Shown here in pieces: positions 31,093-42,445 of a stretch of DNA of 64,000 nt. A model generated the notes under the pieces. It searched no databases and had not been told where the DNA came from. It saw nothing but the letters and a program-made list of their open reading frames with translations. The position numbers and the translations under genes are program-made. The stretch is from Candidatus Latescibacterota bacterium (lineage in GTDB: Bacteria > Latescibacterota > UBA2968 > GCA-2709665): NCBI GenBank assembly GCA_965116875.1, contig OZ220733.1:4512001-4576000 (forward strand), read 5' to 3'. Position 1 is the stretch's first letter. Every line of letters begins with the position of its first letter.

Positions 31093-33495
31093 TCAAGGCG
31101 ACGTCACGTCCAGGTTTTGATCCCGGAAAGTCAGCCGTGTGCCGGACACGGTCGAGTGCGTGAGGTAGGCGCCGTCGGAGTCGGTCCTGATTACAGCGCA
31201 GATTGCATCGGTGGTAAGTCCGCCTGCCCCGAACGTCCTGTGTGTTCCGTCCGTAATGACGATGTGATCCACGCCGCCGGCGTGTTCCACGATCAGGTAC
31301 GCGGTGCCGCCCGGTCCGTGGTTTTCACCGCGACGAACCCGCACACCGGGAAGCGGCATGCTCCGGAAGGGGTAGAGCAGCACGGCGAGGTCATCCACGA
31401 GGCCGTCGCCGGAAGTCGTCACGTCAAGGGAAGCCCACCGGATGAGTTGTCGTGCGGGCCTCCGGCCCGGGATGCCCCCGAGATGCGCCATTCCCGTGCC
31501 CAGGCGAACGGACGGCGCATCGGGCGTGGCCACGAGCAAACCCGGCGCTTCCGTGGAAAACACCGCCGTTCCGCCTCGCTGAAGCGGCGTGGGAGAATGA
31601 AGGTAAAACGAAGCTCTTCTTCCGCCTTCCGCCGAGGAGAAGGCATCGAATACCAGAAAGTAGGGATCGGTCCCGGTTGCCGGCTCAGCGGGCTTCAGGA
31701 AGAGAACGTGGCGACGATGGATGACGCCGCGTGATCGATAACCTTCGTGCTCCGCTGAAAAGTAGTCCATTCCGGCCTGGCTGCTCCATATCGGATTCAG
31801 GCCAACGGCAATCCTGCGGTCCAGGTTCGCATCGTCAATCACCAGCATATTGTGCGCCCTGGACGTCTTGTACCACGGTCCGTGGAGCGGGTCGTCGTAA
31901 CTGACGCCGATGCCGGCGTCCACGGCCAGCGCATCGCCATAGGCGAAAAGCTCGAAACTGAGGACGTCGGGGTGCGAATGCCCTCCGCCGTACTCGCCGT
32001 AGTTGATGACCAGATAGGGACTCGCGCGGGTCCAGTCCTGGCGCATCACTGCGAAACCGGACGGTCGGAAATCAATAGACGTTCCGGATGGTGGCTCGAC
32101 CGGGTCTTCGATATCGGCGCCGAGCAGGTTTTCAGCCACCCATAGCATATCCGGTCGATTGAAGGCGCGTCCGCCATCGATGAAGATATCGCGGTTGAAA
32201 CGGCCGCGTCCTCCGTCGTTAACCGCAGGTTGGGTGCCCAGCGGACTGATCAGGTACATCCAGTGGTTCAACGTCCGTTCGAGGGGCGGGCGAAGGCTTG
32301 CCGCGCGCTGCCGGTTGTCGCCGAAGCGCTCGAGCAGGTAGGCAAGATTCCTGGGATCGCGATAGACGATCGTCGAATAGCTGGACGGGCAGCGCTCCGA
32401 ATGACAGCCGTCTTCGTAGAAATCTCTCTGAAGATGTTCTTCGATCCGGTAGACGCCCTGTGAGACCCACCGTTCCGCCTCCCTGAACTCGGGCAGGTTG
32501 ATGCCCAGTTCGGCCAGGGCGTAGGAACCCATCACCTGCCAGTTGCCCGACCGGTACCCCTGTTTTTCCAATTCGTAGAGCCAGCGCGCTGAACCCAGGA
32601 AGTTCTTCAGGATCCGCTCGTGAGTCCGCACCGAAAGCCGTCCCCGGTTCAGCTTGTAGAATTCCAGGAATACGCGGTTCCTGCGCGAACCGAGGCCGAG
32701 TTCGTACCAGATCGGATCCAGGTGGGCGTAAGCACCCTCGACGTCGTCCCGCTGCTCGTACCATTGATTGAAGAGCCTGTCGAAAACATCGAGATACTTT
32801 GTGTCACGCGTGCCGAGGTACGCCCACAACAGGGGTCCCGACCAACCCCAGTAGTGGAATCCGTATTTGCCGCTTCTTCCGTAATCCGCGTTGAAATCCA
32901 CGACCGGACCGTGCTGAATGGTGACGCCGCCCCATCCGGTGATGTTGTGAGCGGCCACGCGATCCGCGGCCGCCGTGTAATTTCTGGTACTGAAGTACTC
33001 GAATGCCTGGTCGACGCTGTGGTAGGGAATGCCGACATTGATATAGTCGAACCCCGTCCGGGCGTCCCAGTATGCGCCCCACGCTTCGTAGGCCGCGCCG
33101 TACTCCCCCTGGTCCACCGCGCGCTTCACGTCCGCCAGCCCGGCACGGTTCAGATCCATCGCGGCAAAGAGATCGGGATCGCTGATGTGCTTGATCTGCC
33201 CGTCCAGGTAGACGGGATCCTCACGGAGGTCGGTACGCGCCTCACCGAAAGCCGCCGCAAACAGAACGAAGTCACTGAAACCGACGCGCCCGTCGGCATC
33301 CAGATCGAATCGGTCGTCGAAGGCGTCATCGGACCTGGACGTGCCAAAGTTCCGGACGAAGACGACGAAATCATCGAACGCGACCACACCGTCCCCCGTA
33401 AAGTCCCCCGCAACGCCGCACCAGGCGGCTGAGAACGCCAGAATGACGATCAGGGACGGTCCGGAGCATTTTCGTAGTAGAGTTTGAGGGGACAT
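31093..33495 (-). CDS. Heparinase II/III-family polysaccharide lyase with N-terminal dockerin/EF-hand pair (copy 2)
   Basis: Tandem paralog of 28539..30941 with the same motifs. Confidence 0.85.
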   Translation of the reverse strand: MSPQTLLRKCSGPSLIVILAFSAAWCGVAGDFTGDGVVAFDDFVVFVRNFGTSRSDDAFDDRFDLDADGRVGFSDFVLFAAAFGEARTDLREDPVYLDGQIKHISDPDLFAAMDLNRAGLADVKRAVDQGEYGAAYEAWGAYWDARTGFDYINVGIPYHSVDQAFEYFSTRNYTAAADRVAAHNITGWGGVTIQHGPVVDFNADYGRSGKYGFHYWGWSGPLLWAYLGTRDTKYLDVFDRLFNQWYEQRDDVEGAYAHLDPIWYELGLGSRRNRVFLEFYKLNRGRLSVRTHERILKNFLGSARWLYELEKQGYRSGNWQVMGSYALAELGINLPEFREAERWVSQGVYRIEEHLQRDFYEDGCHSERCPSSYSTIVYRDPRNLAYLLERFGDNRQRAASLRPPLERTLNHWMYLISPLGTQPAVNDGGRGRFNRDIFIDGGRAFNRPDMLWVAENLLGADIEDPVEPPSGTSIDFRPSGFAVMRQDWTRASPYLVINYGEYGGGHSHPDVLSFELFAYGDALAVDAGIGVSYDDPLHGPWYKTSRAHNMLVIDDANLDRRIAVGLNPIWSSQAGMDYFSAEHEGYRSRGVIHRRHVLFLKPAEPATGTDPYFLVFDAFSSAEGGRRASFYLHSPTPLQRGGTAVFSTEAPGLLVATPDAPSVRLGTGMAHLGGIPGRRPARQLIRWASLDVTTSGDGLVDDLAVLLYPFRSMPLPGVRVRRGENHGPGGTAYLIVEHAGGVDHIVITDGTHRTFGAGGLTTDAICAVIRTDSDGAYLTHSTVSGTRLTFRDQNLDVTSP

Positions 33496-33669
33496 TCCGA
33501 TTTCCGGCGGAAATTCGCGCGGGACCTTAAACGAACAAACCTACAGGGCAGCAGGGCAGGGGGCTTACACGATCGAATCTACAGGCCGTAGCCGTAAAGT
33601 ATCAAAGTCTCGGTGGGCAAATAGGTGACTAAAATTGCCTGCAAAGCGTGAACATCGGAACACTCTTTC

Positions 33670-34014
33670 TCAATTGTCTCCGGCGTGTGTGAGCTTCGAG
33701 ACGTAGGTGAGGCGCTTGCGGCCAGCGTGGTAATTCTCCCAATTCGGTACATGAACCGTCATCAAAGCCTTGAACAGCTTGCCATGGTTCGGAACGCGCA
33801 GGTGCAACAGTTCATGTGCAATGACGAAGTCCTGGAAACCCGGTTCCTGATCGGCCAGATCGATCGCGAGCGTGATGACCCCCGATGTCGAGCAGGAACC
33901 CCATTTGCGTGTCATCTGTTGAACCCGGACAACCCTTGGGCGGACACCCAACGTTTGGGCCCAGCAATCCACGCGTTTGCGAATAGATCGACGACTCTCG
34001 TCACGAGTGCGCAT
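33670..34014 (-). CDS. M48/YgjP (DUF45)-like metallo-hydrolase
   Basis: MTRKWGSCS and HELLHL..PNHG. ATG at 34014 overlaps the end of hsdR. Confidence 0.85.
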   Translation of the reverse strand: MRTRDESRRSIRKRVDCWAQTLGVRPRVVRVQQMTRKWGSCSTSGVITLAIDLADQEPGFQDFVIAHELLHLRVPNHGKLFKALMTVHVPNWENYHAGRKRLTYVSKLTHAGDN

Positions 34015-36952
34015 CTGTGTCAGATTCGAGCAGGATTTCAAGTATGGTCTCAACGATCCGGGGGCGTTCCTTCTTGTCAACGTCCAGAATCGGTTGGTAG
34101 AGAGCAGATCGAAGTCTCCGTTTTTCGTCCTCATTTTCTGATGCGTTCGGAAAGCGCGCGAGAAGCGTTTCGGCTTCCCGTGCCACCATCGAAGGAGCGA
34201 TTCCTGCGGACTTAAGGGTCGTGTCCTTCTTGAGCGTCCAATACACACCGAATGCTTGAGTCGAAAGACCACTGTCTTCAGCGGCTTTTGCCGCATCTTC
34301 TTTTTCTTTCGCCAGTTCCAACAACTGCTCCATCGCCACGAGGCTCGTCGCATTGCGGTTCTGAAGATCCTCGAGGATGTGTTCGGCGCGTTCTTTGAGC
34401 GGTCGAAACACAGGTGCTTTTTCCGGTTCCGCGTCGATTTCGTCACGCAAGCCCCGCACGAGGTTGAATATTTGCGCTTTGTCGGAGCCCGGTTCGTTTC
34501 GAAGTGCCTGGACCGTGGGCGCATCGAACGTCACTGTTTTAATCACGTCTCCAAGGCCCTGTTGAGTAACGCTGTCCTTCACCAGACTGGCCGTTTTCAG
34601 GCCCAAGGGTGCGTTGTAAGTGGTATTCGTCGTATAGGCATTATTGAGAACGGCATATAATTTCGCAAGGTTTTTGTACGTATTTATGTGCTCGCGAAGT
34701 TCAGGAGATGGTGACAAGATTTCCCAAAGGGCTTCAATTTCCCTAAATGCGTGAAAATAAGATCTTCTTGTCTCCGGAACCAGAAAACGACCGTAGATGA
34801 TTTCCTCAAGTCTCTCATCCGCTCCACCTATGCCTGCCTCGCCAAGATATTCGATCTTTGCACGCTCGATTTTTCCAAGGCAATCCTGTAGAAGAAGATC
34901 AAGATCCTCGATTACTCCGCTGACATCGGTAGAGTCAAATCTCAGCGCCTTTCTCAATTCCCGAAGGACGCCCACGAAGTCCACGACCAGCCCAATGCGT
35001 TTACCGGCGCCTTTCTCGTCAACGTGAGGTCGATTGACGCGCGCGATCGCCTGAAGCAGTACATGATCTCGCATAGGCTTGTCGAGATACATACAGTAGA
35101 GAAGTGATGCGTCGTATCCGGTGAGCAGCTTGTCGGTTACAATCAGGATCTTTGGATTCTCATTTGCCTTCTTGAATAGGAGTCGGACCTCCTCCTCGCG
35201 GCTCGTCGACAGCTGCAACTTTGCGACCAGGGGACGGTCAATCACGTCCGCCGCGTTCTCGGTATAGACAGCCTCAGACCACTCGGGCGGCAGATGCCTG
35301 TCCAGGGCACGCTTGTATTTCGCACAGGCCTCGCGGTTTACACCCACAAGAAACGCCTTGTAGCCAAGCGGTTCGACGTTTTTCTTGAAGTGCTCCGCGA
35401 CGTATTTGGCGACTTTTTCAACCCTATCGTCAGCAGTCAGGAAAGTACGAAGACCGACCGCTCTGTCGAGAATCCTGTTAAGTTCATCGACGTCGGTAAC
35501 GCCTTCCGACTCCACCAATTCGAAGAATTCCCTGTCAAGTCGCTCGACCGGTACGGTCATTTCACTCGGCGCCATCGTGTGGCGGAGCGGAAGCGTCGTT
35601 TCATCCTCAATCGACTCGGCGATGGAATACTTGTCGAGATACCCCAACTTGTCGTCGATACCGAAAATCTTGAAGGTACCTTCGCCCTGGTCAGTCTTCG
35701 CGATCGGTGTGCCGGTGAAACCGATGATGGTTGCATTTGGAACTGCCGCCATCATGTAGGTGCCCAAATCTTTGGCTACTGAACGATGGGCTTCGTCGAT
35801 GAACACGTAGATGTTGTCGCGCGTGTTCGCGTCTTTGTCGATCCCCTCGAATTTGTGGATCATCGAGATTATCAGGCCCCGTTTGTCGGCTTCCAGCAAT
35901 TCCTGTATTTCCTTCTTAGAATTCGCCTGCCAGACGGCAATGTCCTGCTGCTGCATCTCGCCCAGGAGTCTTTCAACCCAACCCCTGAGCTGGCCTTCAA
36001 TTTCCGTGCGGTCCACAACCACGACCACAGTCGGTGTGTGAAACCGATCCTTGCGTTCCAGGATCAATCGCGCAGCGGTAAGCAGGGTAAAGGTCTTTCC
36101 CGAACCCTGGGTATGCCAGATAAGCCCCCGGCGTTTTCCGGTTTCCGAACAACGCTCAACGATACGATCGATCGCACGCCTCTGATGCTGGCGCAGCACC
36201 GACTTGCGTGTTTCACCGTCTTCGACGTAGAAGAGAATCCAATCCCGTAGCGTACGGAGAAAGTCCGTTGGCTCGAAGAATGACTGCACCGCAAATCGGT
36301 AACTCTCGTCCCGCTGTTCCTTCCAGCGTGCCATGAAACGCCGATTGGCGTTCCACGTCACGCCGTACCAGTAATCGAGGAGATGGGTGACATTGAACAG
36401 CTGTGCGGTGCCTATCAGCTCGGGTGTTTCAAGTTCGTAGCGCTTGAGTTGGCCGATTCCATGATCGATCGCATTACGATCTGTAGGATTCTTGTGTTCC
36501 ACGATGGCAACCGGTACACCGTTGACGACGAACATCACGTCTGCACGATTGGCTTTGCGCGCGGGTGGTCTGAGTCTCCATTCCCACGTGACATAAAGGA
36601 CGTTCTCATTGGACTGTTCGAAATCGATGATCTGAACGCGCCGATAACGGCTTTCATCCTCGTCGTACAACTGGCGCTCGCCGCGCAGCCAGGAGAGCAT
36701 CTCGCGGTTGCCCTCTATCGTCGCTGGTATTGCTTCGAGACGCTCGACCACGGATCGGATGGCATCGTTTGACATCCAGGCGTTGAATCGCCCCAGTGCG
36801 TCTTCCAAATCGTCACGGAACAATATCCCCGTCTCGCCGCCGCGCCGGCGCCGGGCGTCCCCGGGCGGGATGGGTGTCCAACCGACCTCAGCCGCGTGGC
36901 GGACCATGGGAAACTGGACGGTGCCTGCTTCAGTTATGTTGAGTTCGGTCAT
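34001..36952 (-). CDS. hsdR: Type I restriction endonuclease subunit R
   Basis: RADV..VNGVP..IVEHK nuclease motif, [32 protein letters not shown]. Confidence 0.95.
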   Translation of the reverse strand: MTELNITEAGTVQFPMVRHAAEVGWTPIPPGDARRRRGGETGILFRDDLEDALGRFNAWMSNDAIRSVVERLEAIPATIEGNREMLSWLRGERQLYDEDESRYRRVQIIDFEQSNENVLYVTWEWRLRPPARKANRADVMFVVNGVPVAIVEHKNPTDRNAIDHGIGQLKRYELETPELIGTAQLFNVTHLLDYWYGVTWNANRRFMARWKEQRDESYRFAVQSFFEPTDFLRTLRDWILFYVEDGETRKSVLRQHQRRAIDRIVERCSETGKRRGLIWHTQGSGKTFTLLTAARLILERKDRFHTPTVVVVVDRTEIEGQLRGWVERLLGEMQQQDIAVWQANSKKEIQELLEADKRGLIISMIHKFEGIDKDANTRDNIYVFIDEAHRSVAKDLGTYMMAAVPNATIIGFTGTPIAKTDQGEGTFKIFGIDDKLGYLDKYSIAESIEDETTLPLRHTMAPSEMTVPVERLDREFFELVESEGVTDVDELNRILDRAVGLRTFLTADDRVEKVAKYVAEHFKKNVEPLGYKAFLVGVNREACAKYKRALDRHLPPEWSEAVYTENAADVIDRPLVAKLQLSTSREEEVRLLFKKANENPKILIVTDKLLTGYDASLLYCMYLDKPMRDHVLLQAIARVNRPHVDEKGAGKRIGLVVDFVGVLRELRKALRFDSTDVSGVIEDLDLLLQDCLGKIERAKIEYLGEAGIGGADERLEEIIYGRFLVPETRRSYFHAFREIEALWEILSPSPELREHINTYKNLAKLYAVLNNAYTTNTTYNAPLGLKTASLVKDSVTQQGLGDVIKTVTFDAPTVQALRNEPGSDKAQIFNLVRGLRDEIDAEPEKAPVFRPLKERAEHILEDLQNRNATSLVAMEQLLELAKEKEDAAKAAEDSGLSTQAFGVYWTLKKDTTLKSAGIAPSMVAREAETLLARFPNASENEDEKRRLRSALYQPILDVDKKERPRIVETILEILLESDTDAHS

Positions 36953-37470
36953 GGTCGGATCCGGAACCCCTGATGAGACCAATAACGCACCCGTCAGGCC
37001 TCCAGCGCGTCATCGGTCCGCGATTCGTGGGGACGGCATGTCACAGCTGCCTGTCACAGCTTGTCATAGCTCACAGTCAAGCAATCCATCATTGAGCACA
37101 TATCAATGGCCGGAATCAGTCGGACCCGTTGCATATTCTTCCACGATACCCTGTACGAGCATGGCACGAACGTCCGCCCGTAGGGATTCAGTGTAAGTGG
37201 TGCGGCGCGCTTCCAATAGCAAAGCACGAGTACCCACCGCACGAAACCCGAGGCTTCGCCAGGCAATGTTTGCCATAATATCTTTGGCACCCTGTGAATT
37301 GGTTCTGAGGCTCGTCGTCATTTCATCCCAACTCTACTCATGGAGTTGACCGAGTGGGAATCCTAGAGGTATCACTGTCGCGACGTACATATCCTGCTGG
37401 AATATTGAGTTACTTCATCGTTCGAAAGGTCCAGATGGGATATGGTTGCTTTGCTCTCACGATCCTGTGA

Positions 37471-38646
37471 TCACGGTCCGCCACGACTCTTGATCGCATC
37501 CCAAATCCATATGTACCACATTGGCACCCCTCCACGAGCGAATATTCCTCCGACTGATACGTGGATTCCCTTGACCTGTAGGAATAGACTTTCGGCCGCC
37601 TCGATAGCCTTACCTACGTGATCTGCAGTTGGTACAATCATTTGATGCGCCCAATTATTCCGAGATTTCCGTACATCCTCGAGCGAGAGATACAGATCAT
37701 GATCAATTCGATCATTCATCTCCAGAATCTCAGTCATGACAGAAATTGTGTAGTCTCTACCCTTCAGTTTGTCTTTCCGTTTCTTGCGCAACCGATCCGC
37801 AGCTTTTATATCATCTAAAAACACCTTCCAAGCTGATGACAGAAGCTGCTCACAGACTCCCCAAGCCAAGATTAGTGCCTCTCCATATCGCTTTTCGGTG
37901 CATCTACATGCTGCTAAGTACACCGCTTCAATCATCTGAATTAAGGCCTTGTCCTCAGCAGATAGAATTCGGTCGAGTAACGTCAGCGAGTGTTCAATGA
38001 CATTTAGCTCCAAAACCCGTCGAGGATACGGTTGGGCTCGGGGTACTTGGTCCTTGTTGTTAAGGACATTGCGTGCAAGGGCACGAATATCTTCGTAGTC
38101 ATCCGCGTACGAAACTGCTGCGTCGAAGCTGATCGCCTTAAATGTATTCCAGGAAGTTAGTGGGAATCCCATTTCAGCCGTGCGTTGCTTCACGTCCTTT
38201 TCTGAAGTCGCCAAGCAGGCCTGATGGACGTTTATGGTTTGCGCCCGCAAAACAGCATGCTCTTCGGCTTTGTTTTCGGCACGAGCAGTTTCAGAGGGAA
38301 CGCGATACGGGTGTCCTGGATTCGGAATTCTGTATCCCGGAATCACGATCTGCGGCGCGAGGCACCAAGATGTAAAATCAAACAAAAACGTACCATCGCG
38401 TTTTACACGAACTTCGATACCACAGTTTAGCTTCCTCTTCAACACTACTGCATGATGGATCGGAGGATTTAGGGTACGCACCGACTCAGGATCGGGGGGG
38501 TCACCGATCCATACTGCAGGAATTCGAAAGTACCCCTCTACAGCGGGTGAGGCCTTATCCGGACAGATTGCAGGATCTTCGGTGGGATTCTTGAATAGCG
38601 GCTCGTCCTCAGCTGACCTAAACCCCATTGGAACTTCATCCATCAC
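37471..38646 (-). CDS. Hypothetical protein with C-terminal HEPN-like motif
   Basis: 391 aa ORF; helical C-terminus with AWGVCEQLL and RNNWAH (Rx4H). Confidence 0.65.
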   Translation of the reverse strand: MMDEVPMGFRSAEDEPLFKNPTEDPAICPDKASPAVEGYFRIPAVWIGDPPDPESVRTLNPPIHHAVVLKRKLNCGIEVRVKRDGTFLFDFTSWCLAPQIVIPGYRIPNPGHPYRVPSETARAENKAEEHAVLRAQTINVHQACLATSEKDVKQRTAEMGFPLTSWNTFKAISFDAAVSYADDYEDIRALARNVLNNKDQVPRAQPYPRRVLELNVIEHSLTLLDRILSAEDKALIQMIEAVYLAACRCTEKRYGEALILAWGVCEQLLSSAWKVFLDDIKAADRLRKKRKDKLKGRDYTISVMTEILEMNDRIDHDLYLSLEDVRKSRNNWAHQMIVPTADHVGKAIEAAESLFLQVKGIHVSVGGIFARGGVPMWYIWIWDAIKSRGGP

Positions 38647-39049
38647 TTGCCTCTCGGATTTGGTTGTATTGCGCAGCAGTCAGGCCAGAGAGTTCATCGG
38701 GCAGTCGGTGCGTCACTTGTGAGTACTCTGTCCTTCCGAATCACCTAACTCGATCTAAATAGAACAATGAAGGCTTGTAGCAACTCCAATGCAATCCAAC
38801 CACTGGTTGTTTTCTCTATTTCAAGGCGAGATCATCGGTCGTGTTTTCGGAAGTCAGGGAATTGTGAAATTGAGATTTGAGGTTGTGTTTTTCAACAAAA
38901 GACTTCGACACTAAACCCCTCGGTGAGCTTTTGCATGCGTTGTCGGCCCGAGAAAAGCGGGCGTGCCGCGACAATAGTCAATTGGACCGAGATGATGAAC
39001 TCCACTATGCAATCACAGGTGATTAAGGTACCGCTACTCCCGTCGCATC

Positions 39050-39590
39050 GCAACCACGGCATTGCGGTTACCCATTCCAACAATCTCGCCCACGGTATCC
39101 GGTCAGAGTTTCTCTCATGCTGGTACTCACTCGAGACGCGTCCTAGCGGAAGATCTCCAAAGACTTCAAGATCGCATTCTGGCGAAGTTGGCTTGCCTCG
39201 AAATCCGCGTATGTGATCCCCCAAACAAACTCCATTGCATCTCGGGCCGACAACAGCATGGCGAGCAGATCGGCGTCGTCACGTCGCAGAGACTTCCTTA
39301 GCCGAATAGAGAATTGCTGTGCTTCGGATGTAGTTACGACTCTGCTCCACGGCGGAACAAGCCACTAGATCCATTTCTCTACCGAACCGGGCGGACAACC
39401 GCGCGTCTATTTTCGCAATGACCAACAAACCCAGCGTCCGGACTGGCTCGAAATCGACCATAACGTCTATGTCGCTCTCTGGTCCTAAATCCTCTCGTGG
39501 CGCAGAGCCAATGACGGCGAGTCGTTAGATTCCGTGGTCTTGACAAAAAATCGCAAAATCGGTCTTCGAAATCGATTACTGTGGGTTCAA
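39050..39590 (-). pseudogene. Degenerate MNT-HEPN (nucleotidyltransferase/DUF86) toxin-antitoxin pair
   Basis: MNT frame from 39590 to 39279 resembles 52761..53066 but has TAA at codons 5 and 22. A DUF86-like remnant follows (RRDDADLLAMLLSARDAMEF..QNAILKSLEIF*). Lower boundary approximate. Confidence 0.75.
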
Positions 39591-42445
39591 TGCCTCTGCT
39601 CCCTTATTCCATAGCATCATTTGACGGGGAAAACCCCCATCGCCCTATCCTTGCTGCTTGGATTGTGGGCGGCGCCAATTGGCAATGTAAGTAGCGCACG
39701 GTCTCTCAGTCGCCGGTATCTTAAAGCTTGGCGATTGGAGCCCTTGACCGTCAATATATATCAGTGATATATCACATATCGTTTTGATTCCTTTCTTGTT
39801 TCAGGTTCTCTGTCGTATTTAGATTCATAGAACTCACGCTTTTCGTCAATACGAGTACATAACAATCTTTGATAACGAAGACATATTTCAGCTATCAGAT
39901 CACGGCGCACCCGAAGTCTTACTCCATAGGAAAGTCTTTCCCGAGAATATGCCTCAGCTTGGTATCCCTCCTGCCATGCCTCGTACTTGGCGACAACTTC
40001 ATCATCTCTGGTTAGATCGAATCCATCGAACGAGAGATCAAATTCGTCCAATATGAATGACGCCAATGAGCAGATGTACCAAAAACCCAAAAAAGTCCTT
40101 GGATTTTGATGTTCGGCAATGAGAGGGATGCAGTCTTCGTTAACATTCAACCCATCACCGCCCCTGTTCTTCAGTACATCGCGGACTTGCTCGAAGGTGA
40201 CAGCCATTGCCGATGCCTGCGCAATTCGCTCCGTCGGCAGATTGAGTTCATCCAATTCGTCCGACCCGCCATACACCTGCAGGGGAATCAGCATTGAGAT
40301 CAACGATGTCTTTTGCCGGTAGGGCACATTGTATTTTTCCTCGTAAGCCAGCATCTGCTTTTCAAATACAGTGAGCCAATCCGTGTTCTGTTGATCCGTG
40401 CTGGCGTTCCCGACTTGGAACGATTCGATCTCGTCGAGTTCTCTGAACCATGCTTCCTTTTCGGCTACCCGAAGCATCCTAATGTCCGAAGGACGAATCA
40501 TGGGTTCTCGTACAACATATTCTGGATCGACCATTTGAGTTGCCTGCCAGAGCCACTGAATTTGGGCCTGGCTTAGTCTCTGTTTCTCGGCTACTTCATT
40601 GAGGATATCCCAGAGTATCTCTGTGACTCGCTCCTGAAATTCGGTTGTGATCCAAACAACGGGCCAACCTTGGGTATGTACATGCCCATACCAGTCGTCC
40701 TTGATACGAGAACGCTCCTCATCCATCGACCAGTTCTGAGCATTGAAACACTCTTCAATGGCCGCCACAAGACTCCCCGGCTGGATCTGAAGGATTTTCT
40801 CTATCGTTTTCACCTGTTCAGAGAAGTGAATCAGAGTGTTTTTCTTGAGAAAGTTCGAGAATGCGGAACTTGGTTTGGATGGCAACCGATAGGTCGAATG
40901 CGATATGGCGGCTGAGTAATTCCTGTCGATACGCTCGACTGCGGCGCTAACTGCAGTTTCCAATGGCGAAACTTTACTCACACACCGAAGAATGCACTTC
41001 GCTGAATGACGACAATAAAAGTCTTCTCGGTCAAGGAGTTTAGCCAGCATTTGCTGATTAGAAGCCAACGGATTGGGCTTTTGATTCGCAAGCGTATGAA
41101 GAATCATTAGCAGGCGTCGAAGACGCCTTCCATTGGCCGACAGTGTTTCGCTAACGAGTAGAGGAATTGTACTCTGAGGCCGTGCAATCGCCAATCTCGT
41201 GAGTGCTTGGATCAGTCTTTCGCCGTGATTAATCTCTGGCGTATCAAGGTCTTCTATACAAAACTGAAGAATGAGTCGATTCTCATCGAAAGTCGGCCCC
41301 GCATACTCCTTCAACCATGCATAGTCGTTGTCTTTGGGTAGCTGTGCAAACATGCTTTCGCAATGTGTCAGGAAATCTTCGAACACTGTCTCAAGTAGGC
41401 ATGGGTCGTTGAGAATATCCAAGCCCGTAGCCGCGATGGGTGCGGTATCATACCCTCCCTCGGTCCTACTCACAGAGTTGTAGCACTTCTCCAATAAAGT
41501 CATCGTTGCAGTCGTTTTGTTCACTTTTTCTATTGTGGCCAGGTACTTGGGATTGCCTTGCCAAAGGTATCCCAACGCGTTTCTGGTATTATAGCATAAA
41601 TAAGCCGATGCGAAGCAGTCTACGGCGTTGTCTTTTTCGCCCAATTCCATGAAACGATCCGCTAAGCACTCAAACGCACTTGGGTCTTGCCATCGTCCCT
41701 GCGATTCGACGTATTCTCTGATTGAGATAAGGTCCTCCGTCGAACCTGCTTCAGCTATATGGTGACGTAATGTTGCATCGAGCAAGTCTGTTTCGTAGAA
41801 ATGCGCATTCTGATCTTTCAGTTTCTTTAGAATTGCAAGGAACCCAGAAAAGGATTCCATGCATCTCTCGGCGATACCTTCCTTTGTCACGGTTGTTCCA
41901 TCCAGCATGAATTCAGACGGCGAGTGAGCACTCTCTTCAGCACCACTTCCGTTGTCGCTGTCTGGATCGGAACAGACAGAGAACTCGTCCTTGAGGTCGG
42001 CTGGCCAATGTCTAGGGGAGATCTCCGTCAACACGAAGTGCCTGAAGCGATCTTCAAAGGTCCTTTGGACCTCCTCTGAACAGGACTCTCTAACGAGGTC
42101 AACGATGTATTGTCGGACACCGGTAATCTGTCTACAATGTCGGCCATCATCACTATTATGATTACGGAAAGATTCGCTAAAGCACCATAAATACTCAGGG
42201 TCTCCATCCACAGCACTGAGAAGGTACTCCTCCAAGCAATCTTGCATCTTCCATCTTGCCGTTGATCGAGAGAAATGCTTGAGCAGGTCGAATGCCGCTT
42301 GACGATTGACAGAAAGAACAGCACAAAAGGCGTTTTCTGTAAACCATTTTGTTTCTCGTCCATCAGTGAGATCGGGCATCCACTTCACCATCCACAGAAC
42401 ACGAGCGCATCTCTCGAGCGCGATTTCGGGCTGACGACGGTTCAC

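Noticed and set aside
33670-34524. 284-aa version of the M48 ORF
   Set aside because: The N-terminal extension overlaps hsdR in another frame. The ATG at 34014 gives the typical short protein.
37080-37400. Short ORFs between the HEPN-motif gene and hsdR
   Set aside because: Fragmentary and stop-interrupted, with no identifiable family; possibly a gene remnant.
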